Assembly: GCA_963715865.1 (NCBI GenBank)
Contig: OY970280.1
Location: forward strand, 2,240,001 to 2,304,000
Source of the DNA: Candidatus Bathyarchaeota archaeon
GTDB lineage: Archaea > Thermoproteota > Bathyarchaeia > Bathyarchaeales > Bathycorpusculaceae
Length of the DNA: 64,000 nt
Direction: 5' to 3'
The notes beneath the pieces were generated by a model. That model was not told where the DNA came from, searched no databases, and saw nothing but the letters and a program-made list of their open reading frames with translations. Within the stretch, counting starts at the first letter, position 1. Every line of letters starts with the position of its first letter. Positions 9,760-18,951 of this stretch are shown piece by piece. The position numbers and the translations under genes were made by a program.

Positions 9760-11709
9760 ATGATTTCAGAAAATCCATTCGATCAATTCCGCCAAGAGTG
9801 CCAAACCGCACTGGCAAACGCTTTGAAGAAGGCTTTGCCAGAAATAAAAACACCAATCATAACGCTAAGTAAAACACCAAACATTGAGTTAGGGCAATTA
9901 GCTTCATCACTATGTTTTGAATTGGCAAAGAAACTAAACCAGAAACCACTAAGCCTTGCAGAGCACCTTGTTGGCGCAATCGACAAATCCAGCTTTAAAC
10001 TGATTGAGAAGGTTTCATGCGCAGGTGCAGGATACATAAACTTCCACGTAAACTTCGCCAAGTTTTCAGCCTTAACCCTCGAGTCGGTTAAGCAGTTAAA
10101 GTTTGATTATGGCTTCGTCAAAACTGCTAAGCCAAACAAAATTATCGTTGAGCACACAAGCGTTAATCCGCTTCATCCAATCCACATTGGACAAGCCAGA
10201 AATCCCCTGCTGGGTGATGCTTTAGCACGGATTCTAGAATGCAGGGGATATAAGGTTTCACGCCATTACTACATTGATGATGTTGGTAGACAATCATCCG
10301 TTGTCGCTTACGGGTACGATAAGCTTGGCAGACCTAAACCCACTGAAAAAGCCGACCACTTCGTTGGTAAAATTTACACTGTTACCAGCTGCCTTGTAGA
10401 AATTAATCGTCTAAAGAAAGCGCGCGAACTCGCTATTGCTGTCAATTCAGCTGACGATTTGGTTAAGGTGAATAAGGAAATTGATGAGTGGATGTCAATT
10501 GCTGCTGAACTCAAAGAAAAATACCCAGTGCTTTTTGAATCGTTGATGGCTAAAATCGGTGAAGACGAAAATCCAGAGGAAGAAATAAACCGACTGAACC
10601 GTGCTTACGAGGATGGAGAACCTAAGGCTAAACAGCTTATTCGTGAAGTCAGCGACTTATGCCTTGAAGGTTTCAGAGAAACCATGAAGCGCGTTGAAGT
10701 CACTTATGACTCGTGGGATTGGGAAAGCGATTTCGTGTGGAGCATCCAAGTTAGTGAGGTTTTGCAGAAGCTGAAGACTTCACCGTTTGTTTACAGTGAA
10801 AAAGGGGTTTTGGAGTTTGATGCTGAAAAAGTTGTCCAAGTCCTGAACTTGAAGGGCACGTTGGGTTTGGGTGAGAATTATGAGGTTTCACCGTTGACGC
10901 TTGTGCGTGCTGACGGCACCACATTGTACACTACTCGTGACATAGCTTATACACTGTGGAAGTTCAAGCATGCACAAAAAGTCATCAACGTTATTGGTAT
11001 GGAGCAGTCGCTGGCTCAGTTGCAGTTGAAACTTGCACTTTACGCACTGGGTTACGGCGAATACGCGGAGAATTTTGTGCATTTCGCTTACAATCTGGTA
11101 ACTTTGCCAGGTTACAAGATGAGCAGTCGCAGGGGGCACTACATCACTTTTGACGAAGTACTCGGCGAAGCGGTTGAACGAGCATACGAAGAAGTTTCGA
11201 AGCGTTCACCACAACTTTCCGAGGAAGAAAAACGCAAAATCGCCAACTTTGTCGGTTTAGGTGCAGTGCGCTACGCTCTTGTCGATGTTGATTCGTCAAA
11301 GCCAGTCATCTTCACTTGGGAGCGCGTGCTGAACTTCGAAACCAACAGTGCACCATACGTGCAGTACACTCATGCAAGAGCATGCAGTATCTTGCGCAAG
11401 GCTGCAAGAGAACCAGAAAAACCGGCATTTGAGCTCCTATCCGAAAAACTTGAGCGCGAGCTTATCTTAAACCTTGCAAGTTTCCCTGACACCTTCATTG
11501 AAGCCACAGAATACCTAAAACCCAACCTAATCGCTGATTACGCAAACGCGTTAGCAGACAAATTCAACACCTTCTACAATGCACTACCAGTCATAAAAGC
11601 AGAATCACAGGCACTCAGCGATGCACGCATAACCCTGACGCAAGCCATACAAATCGTAATGCATAACGCTTTAACTCTAATTGGTGTTGTGGCACCAGAA
11701 AAAATGTAA
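9760..11709 (+). CDS. argS: Arginyl-tRNA synthetase
   Basis: VEHTSVNP..HIGQARN, DGTTLYTTRDIAY, KMSSRRG, PYVQYTHARACSIL. Confidence 0.96.
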   Translation: MISENPFDQFRQECQTALANALKKALPEIKTPIITLSKTPNIELGQLASSLCFELAKKLNQKPLSLAEHLVGAIDKSSFKLIEKVSCAGAGYINFHVNFAKFSALTLESVKQLKFDYGFVKTAKPNKIIVEHTSVNPLHPIHIGQARNPLLGDALARILECRGYKVSRHYYIDDVGRQSSVVAYGYDKLGRPKPTEKADHFVGKIYTVTSCLVEINRLKKARELAIAVNSADDLVKVNKEIDEWMSIAAELKEKYPVLFESLMAKIGEDENPEEEINRLNRAYEDGEPKAKQLIREVSDLCLEGFRETMKRVEVTYDSWDWESDFVWSIQVSEVLQKLKTSPFVYSEKGVLEFDAEKVVQVLNLKGTLGLGENYEVSPLTLVRADGTTLYTTRDIAYTLWKFKHAQKVINVIGMEQSLAQLQLKLALYALGYGEYAENFVHFAYNLVTLPGYKMSSRRGHYITFDEVLGEAVERAYEEVSKRSPQLSEEEKRKIANFVGLGAVRYALVDVDSSKPVIFTWERVLNFETNSAPYVQYTHARACSILRKAAREPEKPAFELLSEKLERELILNLASFPDTFIEATEYLKPNLIADYANALADKFNTFYNALPVIKAESQALSDARITLTQAIQIVMHNALTLIGVVAPEKM

Positions 11710-11953
11710 TTACGCAAATGGGGATGCGTTAGAACTCAAGTGCTCGGAAAATTTTATAGCCTCCTGATATAAATCCGTACATGCTGCTGCTCTCTTTGAC
11801 CTATCCCTCCCTTTTACACAGCTTATTTCTCGTGAAATTTTTAGTTAAATTGATTGTGTATTTTATTTAGGGTTGTCCTTTATGTGGTAGGTTTGTTTTG
11901 TTATGACAAATTTCATATACAAGCCTATTAATTTTACAACGAGGTGCACACTA

Positions 11954-13018
11954 ATGAGCGATTCATACTTCAAAAAGAAACTTGAACCAATCAAAGTTAA
12001 ACGAAAGAGCATTTCGCAACTTTTAGCTGAAATGAGCAGAACCGCTTATCAGGGAAGAAAGCTTGGTGAAGCCGTTGATGTTTGGGAAAACATGCTCAAA
12101 GAAAAAGACCTCACTATTGCTATGGGCTTTGCAGGTTCCATGAGCACAGCTGGGCAATGGACTATTATTAATTGGCTTATAGAAAACCGCTTCATCGATG
12201 TACTGGTCTCCACTGGCGCTAACGTTTCAGAGGACATAGTGGATGCTATGGGCTTGGGCTACTGGCAAGGAAGCCACATGGTTGATGACGAAGCACTCTT
12301 GAAAGCGGACGTTAACAGGTACTATGATGTGTTCGGTAAAGAGACTGATTACCGCAAAATGGAAGAAGTAGTAACAGACTTTGTCATGACTCTAAAAACC
12401 GATTACAATTACACATCCGCAGAATTCCTCTACTTACTCGGCAAGTACCTAGGCAAGAAAAAGATTCCCGCAATATCTGCAGTTGCGGCGGCGAATGGTG
12501 TTCCAATCTTTAGCCCAGCCATGGTTGACAGTGCTTATGGCGAAACTTTCCTTATGGCTAAAAACCAAGGCCACAACGTCACCATCGATTCTGTTAAGGA
12601 ATTTGACCAGTTCGTGAGCATAGGTACAAAAACCAAGGATGTCGGCGTAGTCTACATCGGCGGCGGAGTCCCCAAAGACCTAACACAACTCATCGCCATA
12701 TCCGTCTCACCACTAACCTGCGACCAAGGCGTAAAAGGAAGAAAAGGCGGCTTACGCAAAAGCTTACAAGAATACTATTACCCCCACAAATACGCCATAC
12801 AAATAACCACAGACTCACCCCAATGGGGCGGCTTATCTGGCTGCACACTGGAAGAGGCAATAAGCTGGGGCAAAATCAACAGCCAAGCAGGAACACGAGC
12901 AGTATGCTACTGCGACGCCACAATCGCACTGCCACTAATAGCCCACGCATTATGCGAGCGCATGCCAGAAAAACGCAAAGGGCCAGACATGAGCTGGCTA
13001 TTCAAAGGCGTCCAATAA
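11954..13018 (+). CDS. Deoxyhypusine synthase family protein, paralogue 1 (atypical)
   Basis: STGAN, SPAMVDS, YIGGGVPKD, QITTDSPQWGGLSGCTLEEAISWGK; GAGGTG before ATG 11954 (ORF track starts at 11903). Confidence 0.85.
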   Translation: MSDSYFKKKLEPIKVKRKSISQLLAEMSRTAYQGRKLGEAVDVWENMLKEKDLTIAMGFAGSMSTAGQWTIINWLIENRFIDVLVSTGANVSEDIVDAMGLGYWQGSHMVDDEALLKADVNRYYDVFGKETDYRKMEEVVTDFVMTLKTDYNYTSAEFLYLLGKYLGKKKIPAISAVAAANGVPIFSPAMVDSAYGETFLMAKNQGHNVTIDSVKEFDQFVSIGTKTKDVGVVYIGGGVPKDLTQLIAISVSPLTCDQGVKGRKGGLRKSLQEYYYPHKYAIQITTDSPQWGGLSGCTLEEAISWGKINSQAGTRAVCYCDATIALPLIAHALCERMPEKRKGPDMSWLFKGVQ

Positions 13019-13119
13019 ACGCCATTTTACTTTTACTTTTTTGTTTTGGCTGATTTTTTTAGTAAATTAAAACGGCAATTAAAGAAGAGTTTAATGTACC
13101 CTGAATCGTAGAAAACAAA

Positions 13120-13156
13120 GCTCAAGCTTTGGAACATTCTGTTCCATGAGTAGAAC
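13120..13156. promoter_or_regulatory. Tandem-palindrome operator, copy A
   Basis: GCTCA-agcttt-GGAAC-attct-GTTCC-atgagt-AGAAC, then TAAAAGT and a TATA-like TTATTATA. Confidence 0.7.
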
Positions 13157-13201
13157 TAAAAGTGAGTTATTATACATATTAGCCTATGATGGGGGCAGGG
13201 A

Positions 13202-14083
13202 ATGGTAAGCTGTGGTAAAACTCTTATTCTAATGCTTGTTGCCCTCTTCTTAACATTGGCACTCTTAGTCCCGTCAATGACTAACGGACAAATTACAAGC
13301 TCCTATAGTAACAACACCTACATCAACACTACCGCCTTTACTCTAACAATCTACAGCCCAGACAACCAAACATACAAGAGCACAATGCCTCTTAACTTCA
13401 CCATAGAATGGACGGAATATCCCGACTTTGCCCCGCTTCCCTCACCTCCAGCACCAATAATGAACGGAGTCTACTCTTACACTATAGACAACAACCCAGC
13501 CGTGACTGTTACTTCAAATCAATCCTCAAGTGACGTCCTTGACCCCAGGGGTTTTAAAGTTAACCCAACATTCTCATACTTAGTGAACGTTTCCAACTTA
13601 GCAAACGGTTACCATAAAATTGTGATAACAGCGAGTCTGTCCGGTCTGTCAGGTGGGAGCTTTTCTTTCACTGCGTCCTCTTCTCCTGTTCTATTCTTAG
13701 TTCAGCACCCGCCAAACATTACCATCTTCTCGCCTCAAAACAAAAGCTACGCGGTAGCTAACGTATCTTCAAGTTCTATACCTTTAAACTTCACCGTTGA
13801 TAAGCCAACCTCATGGATAGGCTACAGCTTAGACAACCAAAATAATATGACAGTAGCTGGAAACTCTACATTAACAGGATTAACATATGGTTTGCACACT
13901 TTAGCTATCTACGCTAATGATACATACGGTAATACAGGCAGTCAAACAATCAATTTCACCGTTGAAAAGCCACAAATTGAAATCTTTGGAAGCACAATGA
14001 CGGTTGCAATTATAGTTATTCCAATAGCTATAGTTTGCATAGCTGTAGGTCTACTGGTATATCGCAAAAAGCATAAGCACTAG
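13202..14083 (+). CDS. Secreted/surface protein with Ig-like segments and C-terminal membrane anchor
   Basis: Signal peptide; two I.SP.N.TY...PLNFT repeats; N-x-S/T sequons; C-terminal TM plus RKKHKH. Confidence 0.75.
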   Translation: MVSCGKTLILMLVALFLTLALLVPSMTNGQITSSYSNNTYINTTAFTLTIYSPDNQTYKSTMPLNFTIEWTEYPDFAPLPSPPAPIMNGVYSYTIDNNPAVTVTSNQSSSDVLDPRGFKVNPTFSYLVNVSNLANGYHKIVITASLSGLSGGSFSFTASSSPVLFLVQHPPNITIFSPQNKSYAVANVSSSSIPLNFTVDKPTSWIGYSLDNQNNMTVAGNSTLTGLTYGLHTLAIYANDTYGNTGSQTINFTVEKPQIEIFGSTMTVAIIVIPIAIVCIAVGLLVYRKKHKH

Positions 14084-14138
14084 ATTGAAACCTTTCCCCA
14101 AGAAAATGTGTTTTTGCCATTAGCTAAGTCAAGAAATA

Positions 14139-14669
14139 TTGAATAACCTCAAACTTAAAAAAGAGTTTTTTGAAGTGTTTATGACTTGCCTTTTTAAGGC
14201 AGACCACGCTAGATGGTTCAAGGGTGTTGCTAGCTTGGAGCCAAGCGAAGAACTTAACGCATCAACTTTCCAAACTTATATGTATCTTGTTAAGGTTGGA
14301 AAGCCTGTTGGCCCCAGAGACGTTATGCGTGGAGCCAACCTGAGCAGCCCAAGCGTCGCGTACAGGAACCTTCAGAAACTTATGGATTTAGGCTTGGTTG
14401 TTAAAGATGAGTATAACAATTACGTGGTCAAGGAAAAAGTGAGCAAGAGGGGTTACGTTTGGGTTGGAAAGACGCTAATGCCCAGCTTTATCCTTGTCGG
14501 CTTTATTTTCGTAGGCATGTTAATCGCTGAAATTGGTTTCCTGATTCCTCATTTGATTGTAGGAGCTCCGATTGAGGAGGCGTTTTGGTTCTGGATCGTT
14601 ACCACTATTGTTGCTGCCTCGCTTTTCCTAGTTGAAGCAATTCGGTTCAGGATGAAACCTAAGGATTAG
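14139..14669 (+). CDS. Winged-HTH transcription regulator with two C-terminal TM helices
   Basis: GPRDVMRGANLSSPSVAYRNLQKLMDLGLV followed by two hydrophobic helices; true start uncertain. Confidence 0.7.
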   Translation: MNNLKLKKEFFEVFMTCLFKADHARWFKGVASLEPSEELNASTFQTYMYLVKVGKPVGPRDVMRGANLSSPSVAYRNLQKLMDLGLVVKDEYNNYVVKEKVSKRGYVWVGKTLMPSFILVGFIFVGMLIAEIGFLIPHLIVGAPIEEAFWFWIVTTIVAASLFLVEAIRFRMKPKD

Positions 14670-14802
14670 CTATAGATGGAAGTTTTCCGGCCTCTGCAAA
14701 CATTCTGTTGGTTAGTAGAGACTATAGCTGCAAAACGCAAAGTGTTAAAAATGAAATTTCAATATAGTTGGTGAATGTTTACTTTGTAAAGGGAAAGAAA
14801 CC

Positions 14803-16032
14803 TTGAAGGGCTCATTAGCGATTATGTTTATTGCCATCTTGTTCTTATCCATTTTTTCAGCAGTCCCTTCCATGTCGACAACTCAACAAGCTTCTGCAGA
14901 TTGGCCAATGTTCCGCACTGACCCATCTCACAGCGGCGTAGGCACAGGAAGTCCCGTGTTAACTGCCAAGCTGCTCTGGAACCATACTATCGGCGGCCAA
15001 ATTTACTCGTCTCCGGCTGTGGTGAACGATGTGGTTTACATAGGCTCCTTAAACGGCAACATTTATGCGTTGAAGGCTAATAGTGGAGAAGAGCTGTGGA
15101 ATTACGCTACCAGCGGTCAGGTTTATTCGTGTCCTGCTGTTGCTAGCGGGGTCGTTTATGTGGGCTCAGCTGACGGCAAAGTGTACGCTTTAAACGCTAC
15201 CAGCGGTAGCAAGCTGTGGAGTTTCACCACTGGCGACCAGGTTGATTGTTCTCCAGCCGTTGTAAACGGCGTTGTCTACGTAGGATCATACGACAACAAC
15301 GTTTATGCCTTAAATGCCACTGACGGCGCAAGGCTATGGACTTACGGCACCTCTGCCCCGATTTGGTCCTCTCCCGCTGTCGTTGCAGGTGTTGTCTACA
15401 TAGGCTCTACTGACGGCAATACTTATGCGTTGAATGCATCTAGCGGCACCAAACTCTGGAATTACACTAACGGCTACCCAACCGAGTCGTCGCCTACAAT
15501 CATAGGCGGATTCGTTTACACCGGCTACGATAACGGTAGCGTTTATGCTTTAGATGCAACTAACGGCTCACAAGTCTGGGGCTTCGCCACTCGTAACATT
15601 ATTAAATCCTCTCCCGCCGTTGCGGGTGGCGTTGTCTACATAGGCTCCTTGGACCGCAACATTTACGCGTTGAACGCTACTAGTGGGGCGAAACTTTGGA
15701 ATTATACCACTGGCGGTACAGTTTATTCGTCTGCTGCAGTCGTCGATGGCGCAGTTTATGTGGGTTCTGAGGATGGAAACATTTACGCGTTAAACGCCAC
15801 TAGTGGCGCTAAACTTTGGAGCTACGGCACTAACGGCTTTGTTGAGTCGTCTCCTGCAGTTGTCGGCGGCGTAGTCTACCTGGGCTCCCTAGACGGCAAC
15901 ATTTACGCGTTGACTAACCCAGTCAAGTCGTCTAATTCATCATTCGTTATTATTTTAATAGTGGGCATTATCGTTATTGTCGCCTCGGTAGCAACAGTTG
16001 TGATTCTCAAAACAAGGCAGAGAACCAACTGA
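14803..16032 (+). CDS. PQQ-like (BamB-type) 8-blade beta-propeller surface protein, C-terminally anchored
   Basis: DWPMFR...HSG, then eight 40-aa LW..T...V.SSPAV..GVVY.GS.DG..YALNA repeats; C-terminal TM. Confidence 0.88.
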   Translation: MKGSLAIMFIAILFLSIFSAVPSMSTTQQASADWPMFRTDPSHSGVGTGSPVLTAKLLWNHTIGGQIYSSPAVVNDVVYIGSLNGNIYALKANSGEELWNYATSGQVYSCPAVASGVVYVGSADGKVYALNATSGSKLWSFTTGDQVDCSPAVVNGVVYVGSYDNNVYALNATDGARLWTYGTSAPIWSSPAVVAGVVYIGSTDGNTYALNASSGTKLWNYTNGYPTESSPTIIGGFVYTGYDNGSVYALDATNGSQVWGFATRNIIKSSPAVAGGVVYIGSLDRNIYALNATSGAKLWNYTTGGTVYSSAAVVDGAVYVGSEDGNIYALNATSGAKLWSYGTNGFVESSPAVVGGVVYLGSLDGNIYALTNPVKSSNSSFVIILIVGIIVIVASVATVVILKTRQRTN

Positions 16033-16062
16033 AAAATTCCAGCTTCTATTTCGCAATCAAGT

Positions 16063-16099
16063 GTTCCAGCTATGGAACATAGTGTTCCATGTGTAGAAC
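16063..16099. promoter_or_regulatory. Tandem-palindrome operator, copy B
   Basis: GTTCC-agctat-GGAAC-atagt-GTTCC-atgtgt-AGAAC, then TAAAAGT. Confidence 0.75.
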
Positions 16100-16142
16100 T
16101 AAAAGTTGCCTGTTGACATTTATTATTGGTAAGGTGTCATGG

Positions 16143-16877
16143 GTGCAAAAGGGACAATTATCCGAGCAAACAAAGGGCAAAATTAAGGTTGCTTTGCTAG
16201 TTGCCGTAGTTACCGTGGTTATCGGGTTTTTCATGTACTACTTCACTTTTACCTCGGTTGGCTATAACAATTGGCAATTCGTTATCATGAATATTGTGCT
16301 CTTCAGCGTTTTCTTTTTGCTCTCGTCCTTCCGAAAGAAACTCAACCGCCTGCCCAATAGTGTCTACGTAGCTTTCATCGTTGCCCTTTTCGCAGAAATG
16401 TATGGCATACCGTTGACAATGTACTTTTTCATGGGCTTCTTCGGCTACAATAAAATCTTCAGCATTGAATTCCTTCTCACCCAGGTGACGGGGCAACAGC
16501 CGTTCTACATCGTATACCACTATTGGGTCTTTCCCGCCTCAAAAGTAATAATCGGCGCAGGCATGCTCTTGGTTATCTTCGGCTGGTACCAAATCTTCCA
16601 AGCCAAAGGCAAACTGGTGACCACAGGACTCTACAAGTACACTCGCAACCCGCAATACCTCGGATTTCTAATGATAACCGGCGGCTTAAACGTCCAATGG
16701 TTGACAATTATTACAACGGCGATTTGGCCCGTTCTAGCCATCTTGTATTATCGGCTGTCAAAGATTGAGGAAAAAGAAGCCGAGGCAAAATACGGCGCAG
16801 AATTCAGCCAATACAAGCGCACGACACCCAGGTTTATTCCTCGTCTAAGAAGGAAGCAGCAAAAGAAAGAGGGGTAA
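16143..16877 (+). CDS. ICMT/PEMT-family membrane methyltransferase
   Basis: AFIVALFAEMYG.PLT, LVTTGLYKYTRNPQYLG, EEKEAEAKYG..F.QY...TPRFIP; GTG at 16143 preferred because the ORF-track ATG lies inside operator B. Confidence 0.8.
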   Translation: MQKGQLSEQTKGKIKVALLVAVVTVVIGFFMYYFTFTSVGYNNWQFVIMNIVLFSVFFLLSSFRKKLNRLPNSVYVAFIVALFAEMYGIPLTMYFFMGFFGYNKIFSIEFLLTQVTGQQPFYIVYHYWVFPASKVIIGAGMLLVIFGWYQIFQAKGKLVTTGLYKYTRNPQYLGFLMITGGLNVQWLTIITTAIWPVLAILYYRLSKIEEKEAEAKYGAEFSQYKRTTPRFIPRLRRKQQKKEG

Positions 16878-16928
16878 ATTCTGACTCAATCTTCAAAAAA
16901 ACAAAGGGATATCATAATTGCCTACATA

Positions 16929-18188
16929 GTGATATCAGTGCTTTTGGCTTCTTCAATTGTCGCATTAGCTATCTCTTACCAAGCACCAGCAGCCAAGCCG
17001 ACGCCTACACAACTTACCAATGCGGTCCATGCCCTAGGAGTAATTGACAGAATAACTTTGGAAACTCCGGGAGGCTATTATGGCGCTGCTTATGATTCGG
17101 ATAAAGGAGAGATATTTGTAACTAATGCGGATTACGGTTCGGTTTCCGTGATATCGGATAGTAATAACACTGTGGTTGCAAACATACCCGTAGGAAGCCT
17201 ACCCCTTGGTGTAGTTTATGATTCTTGTAAAGGAGAGGTATTCGTGGCCAACTATGCTTCCGATTCGGTCTCGGTGATACCGGATAGAACTAATGCTGTA
17301 GTTGCAAACATAACCGTAGGAGGCCAACCCTCTGGCTTGGCTTATGATTCTGGAAAAGGGGAAATTTTTGTAGCCAATATACTTGACAATACGGTTTCGG
17401 TGATATCTGACAGTACTGACAGTGTCATTGCAACTGTAAGTGTGGGAAATAGTCCCTATAATCTAGTGTATGATTTTGCTAAGAGCGAGATCTTTGTTAT
17501 TAATTATGGCGATAATACGGTTTCAATTATTTCGGATAGCACAAACAGCGTCGTTGCAACCGTGACTGTGGGAAATAACCCATATTGTGCAGCTTATGAT
17601 TCGGGCATGGGTGAAATTTTCGTAACTAATTATAATTCCAGTTCAGTCTCCGTGATATCGGATGGCAACAACACTGTAGTTGCTAACATAACTTCATTAG
17701 ACCAACCCTTTGGCTGTGTATATGATTCTGGTAAGGGAGAGATATTCGTAGTCAACTATGATTCGGTCTCAGTGATATCGGATAGCACCAACACTATAGT
17801 TGCAAACATACCCTCAAAAATCCAATCCCAAAGCATAGCTTATGATTATGGCAAAGGAGAGATATTCGTACCCAATTCTGAACACGGCATTGTATCGGTG
17901 ATTTCAGATACGGACATGGCATCAACGTCTTTGACGCCGAGTGCCTTGCAAACCCCTGCCCTTACTGTTACGCCCTTGCAATCTCCGCAATCAATGCCTT
18001 CGCCGACTTCAACGTCCGCCTTATCCGTTCAACCCAAAAACGGCAAAACAGGCAGTCTTACAACCGATTACTTGATTTTGGTTGTTGCCATAGCTGTTCT
18101 TGTACTAGTTGTGGCTGTCATAATCACGACGCTTAGACGCCCCAATGTTTGGGGCTCCACCGCTTTAATGAGGAAAGGCGGACGATGA
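16929..18188 (+). CDS. YncE/YVTN-type 7-blade beta-propeller surface protein
   Basis: Seven YD(S)xKGEIFV...SVISD repeats, S/T/P linker, C-terminal TM. Confidence 0.88.
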   Translation: MISVLLASSIVALAISYQAPAAKPTPTQLTNAVHALGVIDRITLETPGGYYGAAYDSDKGEIFVTNADYGSVSVISDSNNTVVANIPVGSLPLGVVYDSCKGEVFVANYASDSVSVIPDRTNAVVANITVGGQPSGLAYDSGKGEIFVANILDNTVSVISDSTDSVIATVSVGNSPYNLVYDFAKSEIFVINYGDNTVSIISDSTNSVVATVTVGNNPYCAAYDSGMGEIFVTNYNSSSVSVISDGNNTVVANITSLDQPFGCVYDSGKGEIFVVNYDSVSVISDSTNTIVANIPSKIQSQSIAYDYGKGEIFVPNSEHGIVSVISDTDMASTSLTPSALQTPALTVTPLQSPQSMPSPTSTSALSVQPKNGKTGSLTTDYLILVVAIAVLVLVVAVIITTLRRPNVWGSTALMRKGGR

Positions 18189-18796
18189 GAAGTGTGATTA
18201 AATTCTTAACGGTGCTGGGTGTGCTGGCTGTACTTTTCGCAAGCGTAATTGCGGGAACGATAGTGTACTATAACGGTGTAGTGAAGGACAGAGACGCCAA
18301 AATAAGTTCGTTGAATTCCCAAATAGTCGATCTAAACAATGAATTAACGAATTTAAGTGGCAAAATAGGGGTCTTTGGTCAAGCAAATCTGACTTCCCCA
18401 AATCTTGTGACTGCATTAGGGGTAACTGAAATAGCAAGTAGTTCTTCAGCTACCATGCAAGGTACTATTGAGTATAATCGCCTTTGGATTTCTGGATCAG
18501 TAAACAACACAGGAGAAGGCACAGCGTTTAACGCAGGGTTGCATGTTGTTGCTTACGCTGCGAATGGCACAGCAGAAGTAGACTTGACTGTTCCTTTGAA
18601 CAATAATGACGTCGTAACTTACGCAACTGATGCTGCAACGGCTGCTTGGGCTTATGGTGCCAACGGTGATAATAATCCGTCTTATTTCCTTCCATCTTTA
18701 GGCGGCGGTGGGACTGCGATAGTTGGCATAAATATCTTTCATGAAGGCACTGTTATCAATTGGACTGTAACTCCAGTGTGGACAAATACCCCATAG
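18185..18796 (+). CDS. Membrane-anchored protein: N-terminal TM, coiled coil, beta-rich domain
   Basis: ATGA overlap with the upstream gene; function unknown. Confidence 0.65.
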   Translation: MRSVIKFLTVLGVLAVLFASVIAGTIVYYNGVVKDRDAKISSLNSQIVDLNNELTNLSGKIGVFGQANLTSPNLVTALGVTEIASSSSATMQGTIEYNRLWISGSVNNTGEGTAFNAGLHVVAYAANGTAEVDLTVPLNNNDVVTYATDAATAAWAYGANGDNNPSYFLPSLGGGGTAIVGINIFHEGTVINWTVTPVWTNTP

Positions 18797-18875
18797 TCAG
18801 TAGTCCAAACAATCACTGGATTGCTTCTATGTACCTCTTGATTAACACTAGGGTAAAAATACTCCGATTATTAGT

Positions 18876-18912
18876 GTTCCAAGATAGGAACGCTTTGTTC
18901 CATGAATAGAAC
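18876..18912. promoter_or_regulatory. Tandem-palindrome operator, copy C
   Basis: GTTCC-aagata-GGAAC-gcttt-GTTCC-atgaat-AGAAC, then TAAATGT. Confidence 0.75.
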
Positions 18913-18951
18913 TAAATGTACTTATTGTCTAGGTATTTAGGGGCAATTGGA

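Noticed and set aside
9760-11709. ArgRS HIGQ instead of HIGH
   Set aside because: Variation in this motif is common among class I synthetases; no evidence of altered function.
16089-16142. ORF-track ATG starts at 16089 and 18916
   Set aside because: They fall inside or immediately beside the operator motif and upstream of TATA-like boxes; downstream starts (16143, 18952) are more plausible.
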